A stretch of DNA of 64,000 nt from Sphagnum compactum (GCA_965153455.1 OZ234493.1:14622213-14686212); one strand, 5' to 3'; positions 1 to 14,705 are shown, counted from the first letter of the stretch. Translations and numbers: made by a program. Notes: generated by a model not told the origin, from the sequence alone.

Positions 1-679
1 ATTTCAAACATGATGCCAATATGAAAATTGATGTAAATTTGGTGTATGTTAACAACCCTAACAACTATGTAAACATGGTGCATCATGTTTATTTTAACAA
101 TCTTAGTGGTAATCCATAATCATGTTCATTTTCCTTGCCAACATATATCATCAATTATCATTTAATTTTTTCCATATCAAACATTTAAAAAGAAGAATTT
201 TGAATCTAGCATGGTTATATTAAGGGGTCCAACAAATGTGATTCTTAAATTTGGACATTAAGATCTTTGTTCAATTTTATGTTGTGAACTTGAAATTACA
301 AAAGATAAAACAATCTTAATGAAATAAATATGGGCATAATAGTTAGTAAAACACATGTGTTAATAGAATGGATCTTGTTTGGGTAGTATTTAGATGTGGT
401 GTAGAGTCCACCAACATTGAGTAAATAGATGATATTCGAACAAACAAATTAGTAGAAGAAATATTTTTGCACATTTTAACAATGATATATAAATTCACAC
501 ATTGCACACACACATGCACACCTTTCATTCATTTTGTTGTAGTTAAACAATGTAAAGAATATGCATTGAAATAGATAACTTAAATATGAACACATTGTGT
601 GGATAGCCTTTAAAACACTATTTGACATGTTCACCAATGTTCCAATGCAATGGTTTTGTTTTTTCCCCATTTTGTTGTG

Positions 680-905
680 TAATGGTTTTGCTTTCTCCCA
701 TGTTCTCCATATCTATTTTGGGGCATTTCATGTTATAAAATCAAATAATCCTTCGTAGATTCTAAATGTCTCATTTTCAACACACTAACAACATGCAATG
801 GTTTTCTTTTCTCCCATGTTCTCAAGATCTATATTGGGGCATTTCGTGTCATGAAAGCAAATAATCTTTCATATCTATTCTAGAGGCCTCATCTTGAATG
901 CGCTA
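680..905. repeat. Degenerate tandem duplication, ~116-bp unit, 2 copies
   Basis: AATGGTTTT..CTCCCATGTTCTC..ATCTAT..GGGGCATTTC..AAATAATC recurs at 681 and 797. Confidence 0.75.
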
Positions 906-2580
906 AATAAAAATTTTAAGCATTGCAAGTCTTTACATAAAAATCTTGTTCACAAAGCATCTTATCTCATCATAAGCATAGTGATATGACAAAATTGAAG
1001 ATGGACTATCAATGTTAAATTAAGGACATGTATTATCCTTCTACTAATACAAAACATTCCTTTATTTCTATCTTAAGTTTAAAAATTGGTTTTTTTTATT
1101 TTTTTAATTTTTTTTATGGTCCAAATTGATGGTATACAACACCCTTTTTTTTCCAAGGAAGAGAACCTTTTCCAAGGGAATCCTTGGACCAAAATGTTGA
1201 ATAGCATGGTGAAGTAAAACAAAAAAGAATCAAAACTTACATCTCACTTCATTTGTATGGGCATCTACAAGGATAATCATGTAGGATCCTCATTTGCGTT
1301 ATACATTACATCATAATGTCAAAAATAGAATGAACAAGGTTTGACTTTAAGGACAAGCACATTTTTATGAGTTCAATAGAAACCAAATCACTTTTAATAG
1401 CATCCAACTTGCACATGATTCCTTTCTCTCTCTCTATGGATGAATATATGTCATGATACATAACACAATTCTTTTTGAATTAGGAAAGGACTTTATTTAA
1501 ATGAATCAAAAAATGGTGAAAGAAACAAAAAAGGAATATACAAGAAGACTACTTTTGCTTTATCTTTTTGGGGTTGAAACCCTAAACATGTTAAGATGTA
1601 CTAAAAGTCACAAACCATCTCCTTTATTGTATACCTTTACTAGTCTTACTTCACCATACACATGGATACAAAGTCAATGATATTAATGGTTTTAAATAAA
1701 TGGTGGTCTAAGCTATTGTAGTTTAAAATATTTGACAATTTTTAAATTTGATATGACATCAAATATAGGAATCCTATAAAGAGTATGTCCTTTTAGGTCT
1801 AGATAATACATTTTAACTAGTTTGAAACCTTTGCCAAAAAAAATGTAAAAGTAAGATTTTAAAACTTCGCTAAATATACAAATTTTTGGATAAGTTTATT
1901 AGGTGCCATGATAATTTGGACGGGAAAACAATTCGAAATTTGATTTGTGATAATCCCAATTATTCAAATTGTTAGAATTAGCAAGTTTATGATTGTATGA
2001 TGTATCTAACTAATAAAATACAAAAATTGAAAAAATCTTTAAAAACATTTTCAAATAGGCTTGTACAATGTCATAACATTGCATCATGTGTATCATGACA
2101 CCTTACAAAAAAATTCAATCATTCAATTGAGTACAAATGACATTATAACCAATATTGACCTCTTTTTTTTATATTTTTTGTTATATTGTGACACCAATAA
2201 CATTTGTATATATTACGTTGCATTGATGATCATTGTACATAGTTGTACAAATTGGAACACTTATATTCTTATCTTAATGAAGTTTAAATATTAATGTTGT
2301 TAAATACTAATGACAACAACATGTTGCAACTTATAACATGTAATGGTAAAAAATCATCACATTCCTCCAAAATGTGCACATACAAATTACAACTCCATTT
2401 TCATAGAATTCAACTCGTAAATATGTTTGTTTCAACTTATGCTAGAATAAGAATTTGGAATAATCAAAGAATTACTATAACTTGTTCACATTTGGCTCCA
2501 ATTAAAATCTCGATACTTTTTTCATGCATGCACATACAAAAATAAAGCTAATGGGGATGAAAGTGTTTTAGCCTTTGAAA

Positions 2581-3008
2581 TCTATTTATGAATCAAGGTA
2601 GTTTGTTTTGTTTTGTCACAATGATATTTCCTAAACCATATAGCATTTCATGCCATGCTCTTGGCATCTTTAGAAAGCTCTTGATGAATAGGGGTGCATC
2701 AACTTGGTTTGAGATTATTTGGAGCTACTATGTGAAAACTATTGATTATTGAACCACTTTTCAATGAAAATTAAATAAAATCAAAACTCAAAATTGTATT
2801 GGAATTTGGATGCATTATTGGTGGAAAACCCTTGGTGGGCTAAATTAGTTTATTTCATAATTTTCAAGCTAAGGTGTGGAAGGTATTGCTTTTTGAATGG
2901 ATTTTGTTGTTAAAAATTCAAACAAATTGCAAAAATTGAGTTTGGTAGGAAAAATCAGTTGACCTCTCAATGTGTTCACACTTAGGCAAATTGCATAAGC
3001 TACACTAG
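2581..3008 (+). mobile_element. Short non-autonomous Helitron-like element
   Basis: Begins with TC after an A (2580|2581; alternative start 2593) and ends CTAG (3005-3008) before a T. An imperfect hairpin CTTAGGCAAATTGCATAAG lies just upstream of the end. No TSD. These are Helitron end hallmarks. Confidence 0.5.
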
Positions 3009-4513
3009 TATATTTGAAGACTCAAAGTATTATGGTCATAGGCAATGCTTCACATGTGTGCCAAAAATCCAATTCATCAAATGTCACATTAGATTCACTG
3101 CATCATGGTAAATCAATTTGTCATATCCTTGGCTATATTTTTTTAATTACTTGTGTTCTTCCTTTTTTATTTTGTAATGAAACATGTATAAAATATTTTC
3201 ACATTATATTTTATCCAAGGTTGGCTTTTTTAAGGGCCCCCCTTTTTGTCATATGCATGCAATGGGTGAACATACTTTTGTAATTTTTAGAGACAAATTT
3301 CTTGGTCCCCAACTTGGATTATATTTTTGGTACCATGGTTTTCAAAAGTTTACCATTGTAATACATCACAATTCTCCAACTTTTTATTATGGATTTTATT
3401 TAGAGGTTTCTTCTTTTCATGCCTAGTAGGATTTTTAAAAAAAATTGTATTAAATGTAACATGGTTTGATGATTTTTATTCATGTCCGTAAACAATATGC
3501 TTTGTACAACTTTGAAAACATGTTTGGTCCAAAAGTTTTGAAGAATATTACAAATCTCATTTCAAGTTTTTGCCTTCTAGCAAACTTACAAGATCAACTT
3601 TGCATTTATCCATCAATAATGGTGGAATGGCCCCATCTTTTTAGTCAATGCTCTTCAAATAAAACATTAAGCTTTTGTCACAACTATTAAAGAGAACATT
3701 TTGTATTATGGTAGTCCAATGTATTGTGGGACAGATTTTAAGTATTAGGCCCATTGATTTTTGTGATGAATATCTATTATTTAAAGATTTTAAAGAAACC
3801 TTGGAAACATTGTCATTTAATGTGTTTTCAAAGCAAAAAATAACCACTTTGTTCTCTTGAAAAATTAGAAAATTGAAAGAAAGATAATTAACTATGTTTT
3901 TTTTATTGACAAATTCATGCAACTCCAATTGTTTCGAAACCACTTTTTTAATTATGACAGTAATTTTTTATCACTGGCATTCATAAAATGTCCAAAACTT
4001 ATAAGAGGAGGATGAAAGTTGCATCAACTTCATGAATTGGGATATTAAAGGCAATTCATGATCTTCCTTCCAACAAGTGTGGATTGATTATAATCACACA
4101 ATACACATATGAAGGTAGGTTGAAACATATACATGTTATCCCCTTGTTAATATGGTTTTATATGTCAACTAAAAAATGTCGATACACTTTTAAATCTATA
4201 GGACCAATTAATTTCTCTTTTTCACATGCATGCACAAGCAATCCATTTGGTGGACATACTTTTGCAATTTTCAATTTGGATTCATTCATTGCTCCCAATA
4301 TAATTTTGTTCCGTGTTGACCTACCATGTAATCCAAGCAAAAAATTATATATTGGGTATATGAACATGATTTGTTTAGATGTTACTGTTGTACCATGGAA
4401 AGATGTCTAAATATTGCAAGTTGATAACTTTTTCCCTTGAAATATGGTGACTTTGTACATTTTTTCCCACAAGAATATCTCTAGACCTTACACATGTTCC
4501 TTCTTTATTTATT

Positions 4514-6058
4514 GCCAAGTTGGGATTCATGGACACCTTTCAAGCGGTTATGGGATATTTTATTTGTCATGAGGTCATGCCAACAAGAATCTACAACAGT
4601 TGACCCAACTATGGTGGGCATAATTACATAAGGAAGCCGCCAAAAAGAACAAGGGTACCCAAGGACACACTTTGCAAAAGGAACAAAAAATGGATCCAAC
4701 TTCATGATGAAGATCTTTGATAAAAAAATTGTCAATTTGGAAAGAAGGCTCATAGCCCAAATCCAAATATTGAAGTATTGTAGCTTAATCACACCTTATT
4801 GTCTAAGGTCATCCTTGATCATGATATTTTTCCTTGTCATCATATTTCATCAATCACCATTTAGTTTGGAATTGTTTAAAATAATGAAACTTATGAAAAC
4901 AAGATTTGAATGCGTTCATTAATAAAATTGTGATTTTCAAATTTGGACATTAACAATTTTGGGTGAAAGCACACTACGGTGACCCCCATTGTGTTGTCAA
5001 GTATTGTTTTTTTTGGTGGTCATTTTGAACTTAAACCATGTCAAAATTACAAAAGATTTTCACAACGTTTTTCCATTCTATGGTAAAGCATAACCCAAAA
5101 AAAATAATAGAAAATTTTTTAATCATTTTCTCTTTATATTATGGTAATTTGGAGTGTATTTGCATGAAAAAGATACATGTCATGATGTATTAAAAAATGA
5201 AAATATATATTTAAAATTATTGAAATGATTTTTAACTTTCATGAAATTTATGGTACTTATTTCACATGTCATTTCACATAATTTAAACCAAATTTGTGAA
5301 CCACTTGAAAAGTTTGATAATTTTCATGTCATAAATGGGTTTTTTTATGGTCATGATGATAAGTATGTGGTAAATTGACATTTTCACAAATAATCATTTG
5401 CAAATGGAATGTGACAAGTGTTTTGAGGTGGACCTATTTTTAGATTTGAAAAATATATATTTTCATTATTAATGAAATAAAATACAAAGGTAGTTTGAAA
5501 TGAAAAAATGAGTTTTGTTTTATTGTGTACATAGAAATCTACCCATGGTTATTTTCCTTTACATTATTAGACTTATTGTTTTCAAATAATATTAAATAAA
5601 AATATTTTAATTTAAACTTAGAATTAAATGGACTACATTTTGTGGAATTCACACAAAATATACCTTTAGTAGTGGATGGAAAAGTGCCCCAAAGGGGCTC
5701 ACCGTGGTGTGCTTTCACCTTTTTGTTAAATTTTATGTTGTGGACAAAATTATAAAAGGTCCAAGATAATTCTAATGTGATAAATGCGAACATATGAATT
5801 AGTAAAAAATATGTGTTAAAAAATAATCTTGTGTAGTATTTTTGTTTGTGCAATTTTTCCTGAAAGAACCTTTTTGGACCTTTGCACATGCCTATTTCTT
5901 TTGTCGCCAAGTTGACATTCAAGGATACCTTTCAAGCAGTTATGGATTATTTTATTTGTCATGAGGTCATGCCAACGACAATCTATAATAATTGAGCCAA
6001 CTATGGTGGCATAATTATGTAAGCAAGCCACCAAAAAGAATGAGGGCACCTAGGGACT
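4514..6058 (+). repeat. Dispersed direct repeat pair (~150 bp at 4514-4668 and 5906-6058), probably decayed transposon coding sequence
   Basis: GCCAAGTTG..ACCTTTCAAGC.GTTATGG..ATTTTATTTGTCATGAGGTCATGCCAAC..CCAACTATGGTGG..CCAAAAAGAA is present at both positions; parallel ORF translations in the ORF track agree. Confidence 0.7.
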
Positions 6059-6130
6059 ACACCTTCACTTTTAGAAAACTTAGTCCTATGCCACCATACA
6101 CTTCCAATCAAATCTAGTTTCAATGAAATG

Positions 6131-6620
6131 GTGTCATTCCACCATACATTAAGTGTAGTGGAAGGGAGTGTGACACCACCACCTTCTTGATTGCTTAAGT
6201 GGAATGGGACTCATGCCATTCCACCACATAATGACCATAGTGAAAGGGAGTTTGACAATGCCAATTTCATGATTGCCTAAATGGAAGGGGAATCTTGCCA
6301 TTCCACCATACATTAACAATAGTGGAAGGGAATGTGATAATGTCACCTTCTTGATTGCTTAAGTGGAATGGAATTCGTGCCCTTCCACCATACATTGACC
6401 ATAGCGGAAAGGGTTGTGTCAATGCCACATTCTTGGCCACCTAAGTGGAATGGGACTTATGCCATTCCGCCATACATTCATTAAAGTGGAAGGCAACCAT
6501 GAAAATGCCACCTTCTTAACTATTGCCTAGGTGGAATTGGATTTGTGCCATTCCACCATATATTGACACAAATGGAATGCAACTACGGCAATGCCCCTTT
6601 CTTGAATACCTAAATGGAGG
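6131..6620. repeat. Tandem minisatellite, 82-bp unit, ~6 copies
   Basis: The CATTCCACCATACATT-like anchor occurs at 6135, 6217, 6299, 6381, 6463 and 6549 (spacing 82,82,82,82,86). Confidence 0.9.
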
Positions 6621-7949
6621 GTGAGTGGATGTGTTCACCATCCATTGTACATAACTAATTACAATTTAGGGAAATTTTAAGAAATTAAACTTCTTCATTT
6701 TGCTTCTATGTACACCACTAGCTTACAATGTGCCAATCGATGAAACTAAACCACAACCTAACCATCCCAAGTGCATGTATGGTCATATGTGTGCAAGGTT
6801 TCATATGGAATGCGCATTATGTACAATTTCACCTACTGCCATGGATAACCATGTGTAGCTTACTTGCGGGCGTGCTTGCAATAATACGAACATTTGTTCA
6901 ATTTAGAAACTTTAATTATCATGATGTAAACAATTGTGATTGAATCTATAAACACATATAATTATACTATAAAACATGGTTTTGTGCCATTGCATACTTC
7001 CACCCAAATCTAATTTTAGTGGAATGGAATTCATTGATTACAATGGATTAGTGTAATAATGGAATCAATTATGCACTTGAAATGTCAATTATACTTGTCT
7101 CATCTTTTTTTGCATTTAGTGTGTATTTTTTGCCCCACACCATACATGTTCGCATTACATGTCCACACAAACACAACCACTCATGGACTAAATTTGATGG
7201 GATCCATTGAGACACCACACCATTAGTGCACCATTAAACCACCATACAATTAATCACAACACACGTGAACCACTTGAATTCAATATAGTGGATTGATCCA
7301 CCAAACTATAATGTGTGGAGTAAACCATTGAACTGGAAATGGCTTGTAATTAAAACATCATTATGCAATCACTAGAAGATCGCATGCAATAGTCCATTTA
7401 GTTTTGTGCTAGACCAATAGTTCCAAAGTTTCAATATGAAACAAAAAATATGCAAAGTTTTCAACCTCTTTTAAGTTGACAAATGATTGAACATTGTTGC
7501 TACCCCACATTTTTGAGGTGATGTGTTATTTTATGTGGATATAAAAGTAATTTTACAAAGTTTGCATGTAAGCAAGGTACAATTACATTTTTAATCATCT
7601 TTCATCATGTCTTTACTAGCAAAGAAAGGATGAGATGCTAGTATTTCTTGTTAAAGAAATAATGAGCTGCTAATCTTTACATTTAAAGAGGAAATTGGCT
7701 AATGTCTTTACAAGGCCAAAGAAAAAGTCAATTGTTGGTCTTTATTTTATGGAAGTAAATAAGTTGCTTTTGGAACACATGTTTTCTTCTTTTGTCAAAT
7801 AGAATGTAGAAACTATCCTTGTGTTTTCAAGTAGTGAAATTATCAAAATGCATTTGTTGGTTATGTTATAGTGCTCAATAGTTATATCTTAATCAAATGT
7901 TTACATCATTGGTTCAAGTTATGATTGGTTGTGCAAAATGTGATAGGTA

Positions 7950-8720
7950 GTAAGGAGTATGCATGACTTTTTGGGTTGTGGAAATATGACATAATGGTGC
8001 TAATGAAAGGCCAATGGGTGGTCTTAGGCACATGTGAAGGAAAAAAAAACCCATCTTGGTCAATGACACATTTTGGATGTCCTAATGTCCTTGGTGCAAC
8101 AACAAACATGTATGATGTTCCATGGGTCAAAATGTCAACCTCTAATGGGATGGAAGATGTGGATGCAACAATCAAGAAGAAGAAGACCCTCCATGGAGGT
8201 AAGATAATTGAAAAGAACGAAAACAACAAAACATCTTCCAAAAGCGAGTGAAGGAATGTGTGGCTATTAGCCATACACCTAGTATCCGAATTCTAACAAA
8301 TGACAAAGGAAAAATTGTTGGCTTGAAGTTAATTTGGTAGGAAAGAATAAAAGAAATTACATACCAATGATTGGACTTGACAATTTGGGAATTTGGATTA
8401 CACACCCAAAAATAATGGGATACAATATACAAAGACTTAGCCAAGTAATTAAGATATGACCCTCCTTTAAAACCCGACATTGTAGAAACTTACATGAAAG
8501 AACATTTCAATTCCTATTGGATCACATTGAGGAATGGGAAGTAGAATGGGATGATGCATATCATGAGAACTGTCCTATAGACATGTGGGATGCAAATCTC
8601 CACTATTGGAAGACTCCAAATGCCAATAGAGAAAGTGAACATATGGAGGCTATTCGTGCCCCGTTGTGAGAGCTAGTAGCTTTGGGACAAACACCATTAA
8701 CATGTTTTATGGAGCTACAA
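7950..8720 (+). mobile_element. Decayed transposon coding remnant (possibly CACTA TnpA/ORF2-like)
   Basis: A stop-riddled frame reads ..LDLTIWEFGLHTQK*WDTIYKDLAK*LRYDPPLKPDIVETYMKEH.. It is protein-like but interrupted and is flanked by short-motif arrays. Family assignment is tentative recall only. Confidence 0.3.
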
Positions 8721-9039
8721 GTATGATGCAACTTGGATGTCGTATGTTGCAAATTATTATTGTATTGTTGCACTCACATATATAGTAACAAGTTTGTAGG
8801 AAAAAAGGTGGATCTTCATCCCAAACAATAAGAATAACCTAATTTGTTGTGGGCAATCATGAAATGTTATTATATTATGATTGATAGGGGTCCAAAGGAA
8901 TGACACATGCTAAGGGAAGGAAGAGGAGAAGAATGTGCAAGAGCCAAAACAAATTTACCATATTTAAACCTCCATGTCCATGTTTTAGTTTCACTATGGT
9001 AGATGACTTAGACATAACATTAAAACTAGGTCCAAGTGA

Positions 9040-9600
9040 CTAGACCTTAATGACACAAGCTCCCAAGTGATGAATGCCTTGGTGAAAAGGACCATGATCA
9101 ATTGACATAATGAAATAGGCCCAATTCACACAAACCTTTGCAACATAAGCCCTAGTGAAATTTACAAACCCAAGTAACACAAACCTTAGTGATATTATAA
9201 ACTTGATTGACATAAGTTGAGTGACATGGGCCTTAGTGGCATATGTCCTAGTGAAATAGTACACCAAGCTTAAGTAACACAAACCTTAGTGACATAGACT
9301 TGGGTGATATAAGTTGAGTGACATAGACCTTAGTGGCACAATGGTTAATGACATAGGTTTAATGACACATGTCCTAGTGACATAAAATCGAAGTCCTGCT
9401 GAGTGACACATGCCATTATTGATATTAAGGATTGAATGAAATAGGCCATTAATGATATTGGTTGAACAACATAGGCCTTAGTGATATTAAGTGGCATGGG
9501 TTGAGTGACACAAGCCATTCATGGCATAAGTTTTAATGACTCTAGCCCTAGTGACATAGATCTTAGTGGTTGCATGGGCCTTAACAACATAGGTCTTAAA
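9040..9600. repeat. Degenerate short-motif array (CCTTAGTGACATAG / TTGAGTGACA variants), likely transposon subterminal repeats
   Basis: More than 15 imperfect recurrences of (C/T)TAGTGACA(T/C)A and GAGTGACA in ~560 bp. Confidence 0.65.
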
Positions 9601-12009
9601 GTAAAATGTGTTGTATTTTACAAAGGCTAGAGGTTAAAAACTATGATCATGACGAGTGGGAGAGGGAGGAGGAGGCAAATGAGCAAAGATGCAAAAAAAA
9701 AATCAACATTGTTGCACCTTACACTAGAGATGCATGTAAGGGGCATATCACATCAAACCAAATCAAGTCATTAAGAAAAGACATCACTAGAACTTAATGT
9801 GAGGGGAAATTTAATGATAACAAGCTTAATGACAAGTGGGTGGCCTTGTAATGGCACTTGCAATGGTGGCATTCAGTCCACATCTTAGTGACACTTAAAA
9901 AATTATAACTTAGTGGTATTAGTGTATGTAATGGAATGGATCAACAAGGCTACTATACACTTGCTTAATTAACATACATGTACAATATAAGCTTGAGTGA
10001 AATAATATAGGTATGATTGCAATATGAGAAGCAAGTCATGAATAATGATCTTAAATGATATTATTTGAATGAAAATAGAGTGACTTGAGCACATGGTTGG
10101 ATTTGAAAAACATTTTGGGCAAGGGGGGAGAGGGGGGGAAGTTTGTATCTATAAAATGCTTAAGAAAGCACCCTAAATAGAGGTTGTCATCTTATAATAC
10201 AATTTAAGTAATCCTAAACAAGGGGGTTTAAATATTTGAATTACAATTTCAACCATATTATGTGACTTTTAAAACATCTTGAAACCACTCATTATTATAA
10301 TCTTGCATTCTTGAAAGATTCAAACAATTATAAAAGACAAAAATATGGTGTAGTTTAGGTACCCTAATGTTATTAGATGCTTCTATTGCATATTCCTTGG
10401 TTCTTTTGCATCATTTTTTTTACTAATCTTCACAAATAATATGACAAACAATGTTTTTTTGCAAAACACCACTTCTACACACAACTTTAAAAAATAAAAT
10501 AAAAATTCTTCCAAATAATAATACCAAAAGCTTAATTTTTAAAAAATTCTCTGTTATGGTCAAGGCTCATGTTCAATATATCAAAGTGGCCTCAAAAAAT
10601 TTATTTGTAATTGTCAAAATAACTTCTACAACTTCCATAACTACTCAAACTTCAAGATGAAAGATGACCAACACAAAGTTCAAATTGTTCATTTAGTCCT
10701 ATTCCTGTAACCTAACTACCAAAAATCCAACCTCAAATTTCTTCAATTAAAAAAAGAAACAATTCTAGAATTCCTACAACATTTTGTATTGAAGGTTGCG
10801 TGGTTATACATTGAATTTAACAAAAGAATTGGTGCCAAATTTCACCAAATTTGAATAATTTAAATGAAAAATAAATTTCATTTCATTATATGAATTATAT
10901 GGACTAGGTGATTGTTACCTTGAGTTTTGGCTACAACTTGTAGTAGACTATTTCTTTATTTGTGGCATGGGAGCACTTAGACTAGGTGGATGGCATGTTA
11001 TAACCTATAGTCAACTGAAAGATGGTGAAAATTGTACATAGTTGAGTTTGTTACATAGGTACCATTTTAACTAGTTTAAGCAATTTATGTACCAATAAGA
11101 ACAATTGAGCTATGGCACATATCTATGTTACTCAACCAATGAATAAATGCCATGTCAACACACTTTCTCAAAAGCTCACTTATGAGAGGCATCATTTGAT
11201 TTTTCATTTTTGATATAAAAATTTTGGTGAATTTTTATTAATTTCTTTTTTTTCAAATTTACACTTGAAAAAAAAGTCCCAAAAAAATCTCAATTTCTTT
11301 GTTGAAAAGATGGTGAAATTTTGCCAGAAACAAAACATTGTTTTGTTGGGTTTTTAATCATTAGGCTAACCATCAATGGCACAATAGAATTGATGCAACC
11401 CTTTTCATTATTATGCAAGGTGTGTCGCATGTCTTATAGAGTATCTAGTTCTTTGGGTAGCATAAATGTCCTTAAATTTGTGGAAGGGGTATTCATTAAT
11501 TGTTCAAGACCCTTTTGATTTTGAAAAGAACATCTCTTTAGAAATTAAAAAATGATTTATGCAATAAAGGAAGTTATTTCCATTTTTTTTTCAAATGATG
11601 TGCAAAAAAATATTGGGTGCAATTTATTGAATTTTTAAAAATAATTTATTGATATGTAAATAAAGTCTTTAGAATAAATTATGAAAATATATTTAAAATA
11701 TTATTAATTTTAATAACATATTCTTCCAATATTTTATTATTTCATAACATATTAAATGATACAAATCTTGCCAAAACATTTTTTTTTTCTGAAAAAAGGC
11801 GTTCAATGCAATGTTTTTTTGGGGGGCAAGTTTTCACAACTTGGGAAGAAAAAAACGGAAGCTACAAAATGTACAAATTTGTTTTTTGGAAAAAATGAGC
11901 TTAAGTCATCACATTTCAAGAGAAAAAATCTTAAGGTCATCACATTTGGCTGCTCGACAATTTTTTTAAAAACAAAATCATGGATTTGGCAGCCCCAATA
12001 TGAATATTT

Positions 12010-13040
12010 GAGCTCTGCGTAGTTGCACACTACCATGATAATGAACTATTATTTAATTAATTATTTATGTTTTCATATGGGTTTTAATAATTCATCATTA
12101 TTTATGTCAAGTTTAACGTGTTGCTACACACTACCAACGATGATCAACTTTCTTTTTTTCTTATGTTTTCATATGGTTTTGAATATTTCATCACTTGGCC
12201 TTTGCATTGCTACACACTACCAGTGACGATTGACTATTTTTTTTTCTCTTATGTTTTCATGTAGTTGTCAAATAATTCATCATTAATTATGTCAATGTCA
12301 AATTTAATTTGATTTAATATAAATTCTACGGACATGAAAAGACACATGTTACTAGGGTTTTTCATATTCATGTTGGTAAGTAGGGAAAAGGAGTGAGGTA
12401 GGTATAAAGACGGAGTAGTGATTATGAAAGAAGGGAAATGATTATTAGAAAAATATGTAGCAAAAGAGGTTATTAGGAAAAAAAGAAAAAGAGGTTGTTA
12501 GACTTTGAAAATGGGACAATTGTATGTGGAATGGTCTTTGAAAATGATCAGGGACAACCAAACCCATAGATTTCAAAATTTGAAATTTATAAAATTTATA
12601 ATAAAATTAAAATAAAATTAATTTAAATTTAAAAAAAACTAATGAAAGAAGATTACAGAAAACCACCCATATACCAGCTCCTCAAAATTTCCGTCAATGA
12701 AATTATTTATATCAATGTCAAATTTAATTTAAATTAATATAAATCCATGACCATGAAAAGACACATGTGTAATTTGTTTTTTTCATATCCATGTTGGTGG
12801 ATATGGAAAAGGAGTGAGATAGTTATTAAAAATAGAGGTAATTATTAGGAAAGGTGGTAGATAATTATTAAGAAAATTAATAGGAAAAAGAAGTAGTTAA
12901 TTAAGAATGAAATGAAATAGTTAAGCTTGAAAATGAAATGAGGTAATTATTTCTGAAATTGTATTTGAAATGGTCCATGGATGACCAACACTAAGGATTC
13001 CTAAAAATTTCCCCCATATACCAAATTTTCACTGGAATTT
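12010..13040 (+). repeat. Interspersed repeat family, several partial tandem copies
   Basis: CACACTACCA..TTATGTTTTCATATGG recurs three times (12025, 12126, 12211). CATGAAAAGACACATG..CATATCCATGTTGG..GGAAAAGGAGTGAG recurs twice (~12330, ~12750). An inverted copy lies at 54470-54810. Confidence 0.8.
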
Positions 13041-14705
13041 TCAAATTTCGACAATATTTTCTAAGTATGCTAAGTCCACAAATAAGTTTTGAACTTATCT
13101 TGAGTTTCAAACTGGGTTCAATTTTTAAAAAATTTTGACAAATTATTCATAGTTTTTTTTTTTTTCTTTTTCCTGACTGACCCTCTTAAAAATTAATTAG
13201 TGGATCAAGACAATTTTATTTTATGGCTCAGGCCTTTACAAGAATGAGAAAACAAGGGATGGGTTCAATTAATAAATTTTTAATGTTTTAAAAAATAATT
13301 TGGGGGTCAATTTTGTGATGTAGCCAAAGGAAGTGGCTATCATCCATAGGAAGATATAGCAATATTTTTGGCTATAATAAAATCATCATTTTTTGGTGGC
13401 AAAATTTTCCTATTTGGTGTCCAAAAAAAAGGTTGGGTTGGGGTTTTGTGGTTTGCAACTCATACAAAGGAGTTTTGGTTTTGAAAAAATGGCCCAAAAA
13501 AAAGTTGGTATAAGTTAGAAATTTCCAAAAAAGTTCTACTTTCCCCGTCTGACCTGTAGCCAAATTTGACCAAATCCTCTTGTGGATGATTATAGTAAAA
13601 AAATTGCAAAAAAAAAGAAAGAACCCTAAACAAGATATGAAAACAAAAATTAAAAATTAAGCATCCTTCTTTATTTTTTGTCTACCAACTTGAACCAAGT
13701 TTAGAAATTCTGGAGATTTTTTTTCGAATTTTTTTCGATTGAAAATCACAAATGTCACTTCATTTTCGCATTGTGAATTTTTATTTTCTGTTTTTGGCGA
13801 AATATCGCCAGTAAAAAAACAGGGCTGGAAGGAATTAGGGCAAAATCTCACCAGTCGAGAATCCTCCAAACCCTAATCGAGCTAGGGTTTGTCGTCTCGC
13901 AGTGGCCGTTGCCATCTCTCTCGCCTTGTCATTCTGCTTCGTGCTCGCACGCTCGCTCGCGCCTCGCGTCTCGTCTCGTGGATTTTTGTTTGTGTTGCAA
14001 ATGTGTTGAGGAGCGCGGTCAATATAAGATATTGCCGGAGGTTTTGTAACTGCAAATCGGGGGAGACAGGAAGACGCTGCGAAGTCTTTCTTTACGCCAG
14101 AGAAAACATCGGAATTAGTTTATTTCAACGCTATTGCTGCGTAGTTCTTTCTACTGGAAACCGCCGATGTTGAGACGCATACTGTTAAGAGGATCATGCA
14201 TCAGGAGTGAAGCAAGCAAGGAGGAACAACAGCTTCAACCCGTAGTAGACCATGTGTCTTTTTTCTTTGGTTTCCAAGAAGGAAAGGAATTGTTGACGTC
14301 TTCTATTTCTCATAGTTTGGTGGTATTCTTCCTACTTTAATGTGCAATTCTCACCAGTTTGGAAACGCCAGTGAGATTCTTGGCTCGAGATTTCGAGCAG
14401 CGAAGACGGGGGAGAAGTTCTTTTCTCGCCAAGTTTGTTAGGGTTCCAGGAGTTTGGAAACCCTAGTGAGATTTTTGGCTCAAGATATGGAGCAGTGAAT
14501 CCAGGGGAGGAAGTTCTTTTCTTGTCAATAAGCACGGCTCGCAGGCGAGGAGTTATCCAGAACGTTCAAAGGGAGGGGTCCGGGTGTGTGAGAAGCAAGG
14601 GGATTGGTTGAGTGCAGTAAGGAAGAGAATAGGGACAGAAAGGAAGGTTCAGGAAGGTTACCGTTAAGTGTTTTCTTGGTCGTCGTTTGAGGTTTTGCTT
14701 TGCAT

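Noticed and set aside
6131-6620. CRISPR-like regularly spaced repeats
   Set aside because: The whole 82-bp unit is homologous between copies, so there are no unique spacers. There are no cas genes and the context is eukaryotic.
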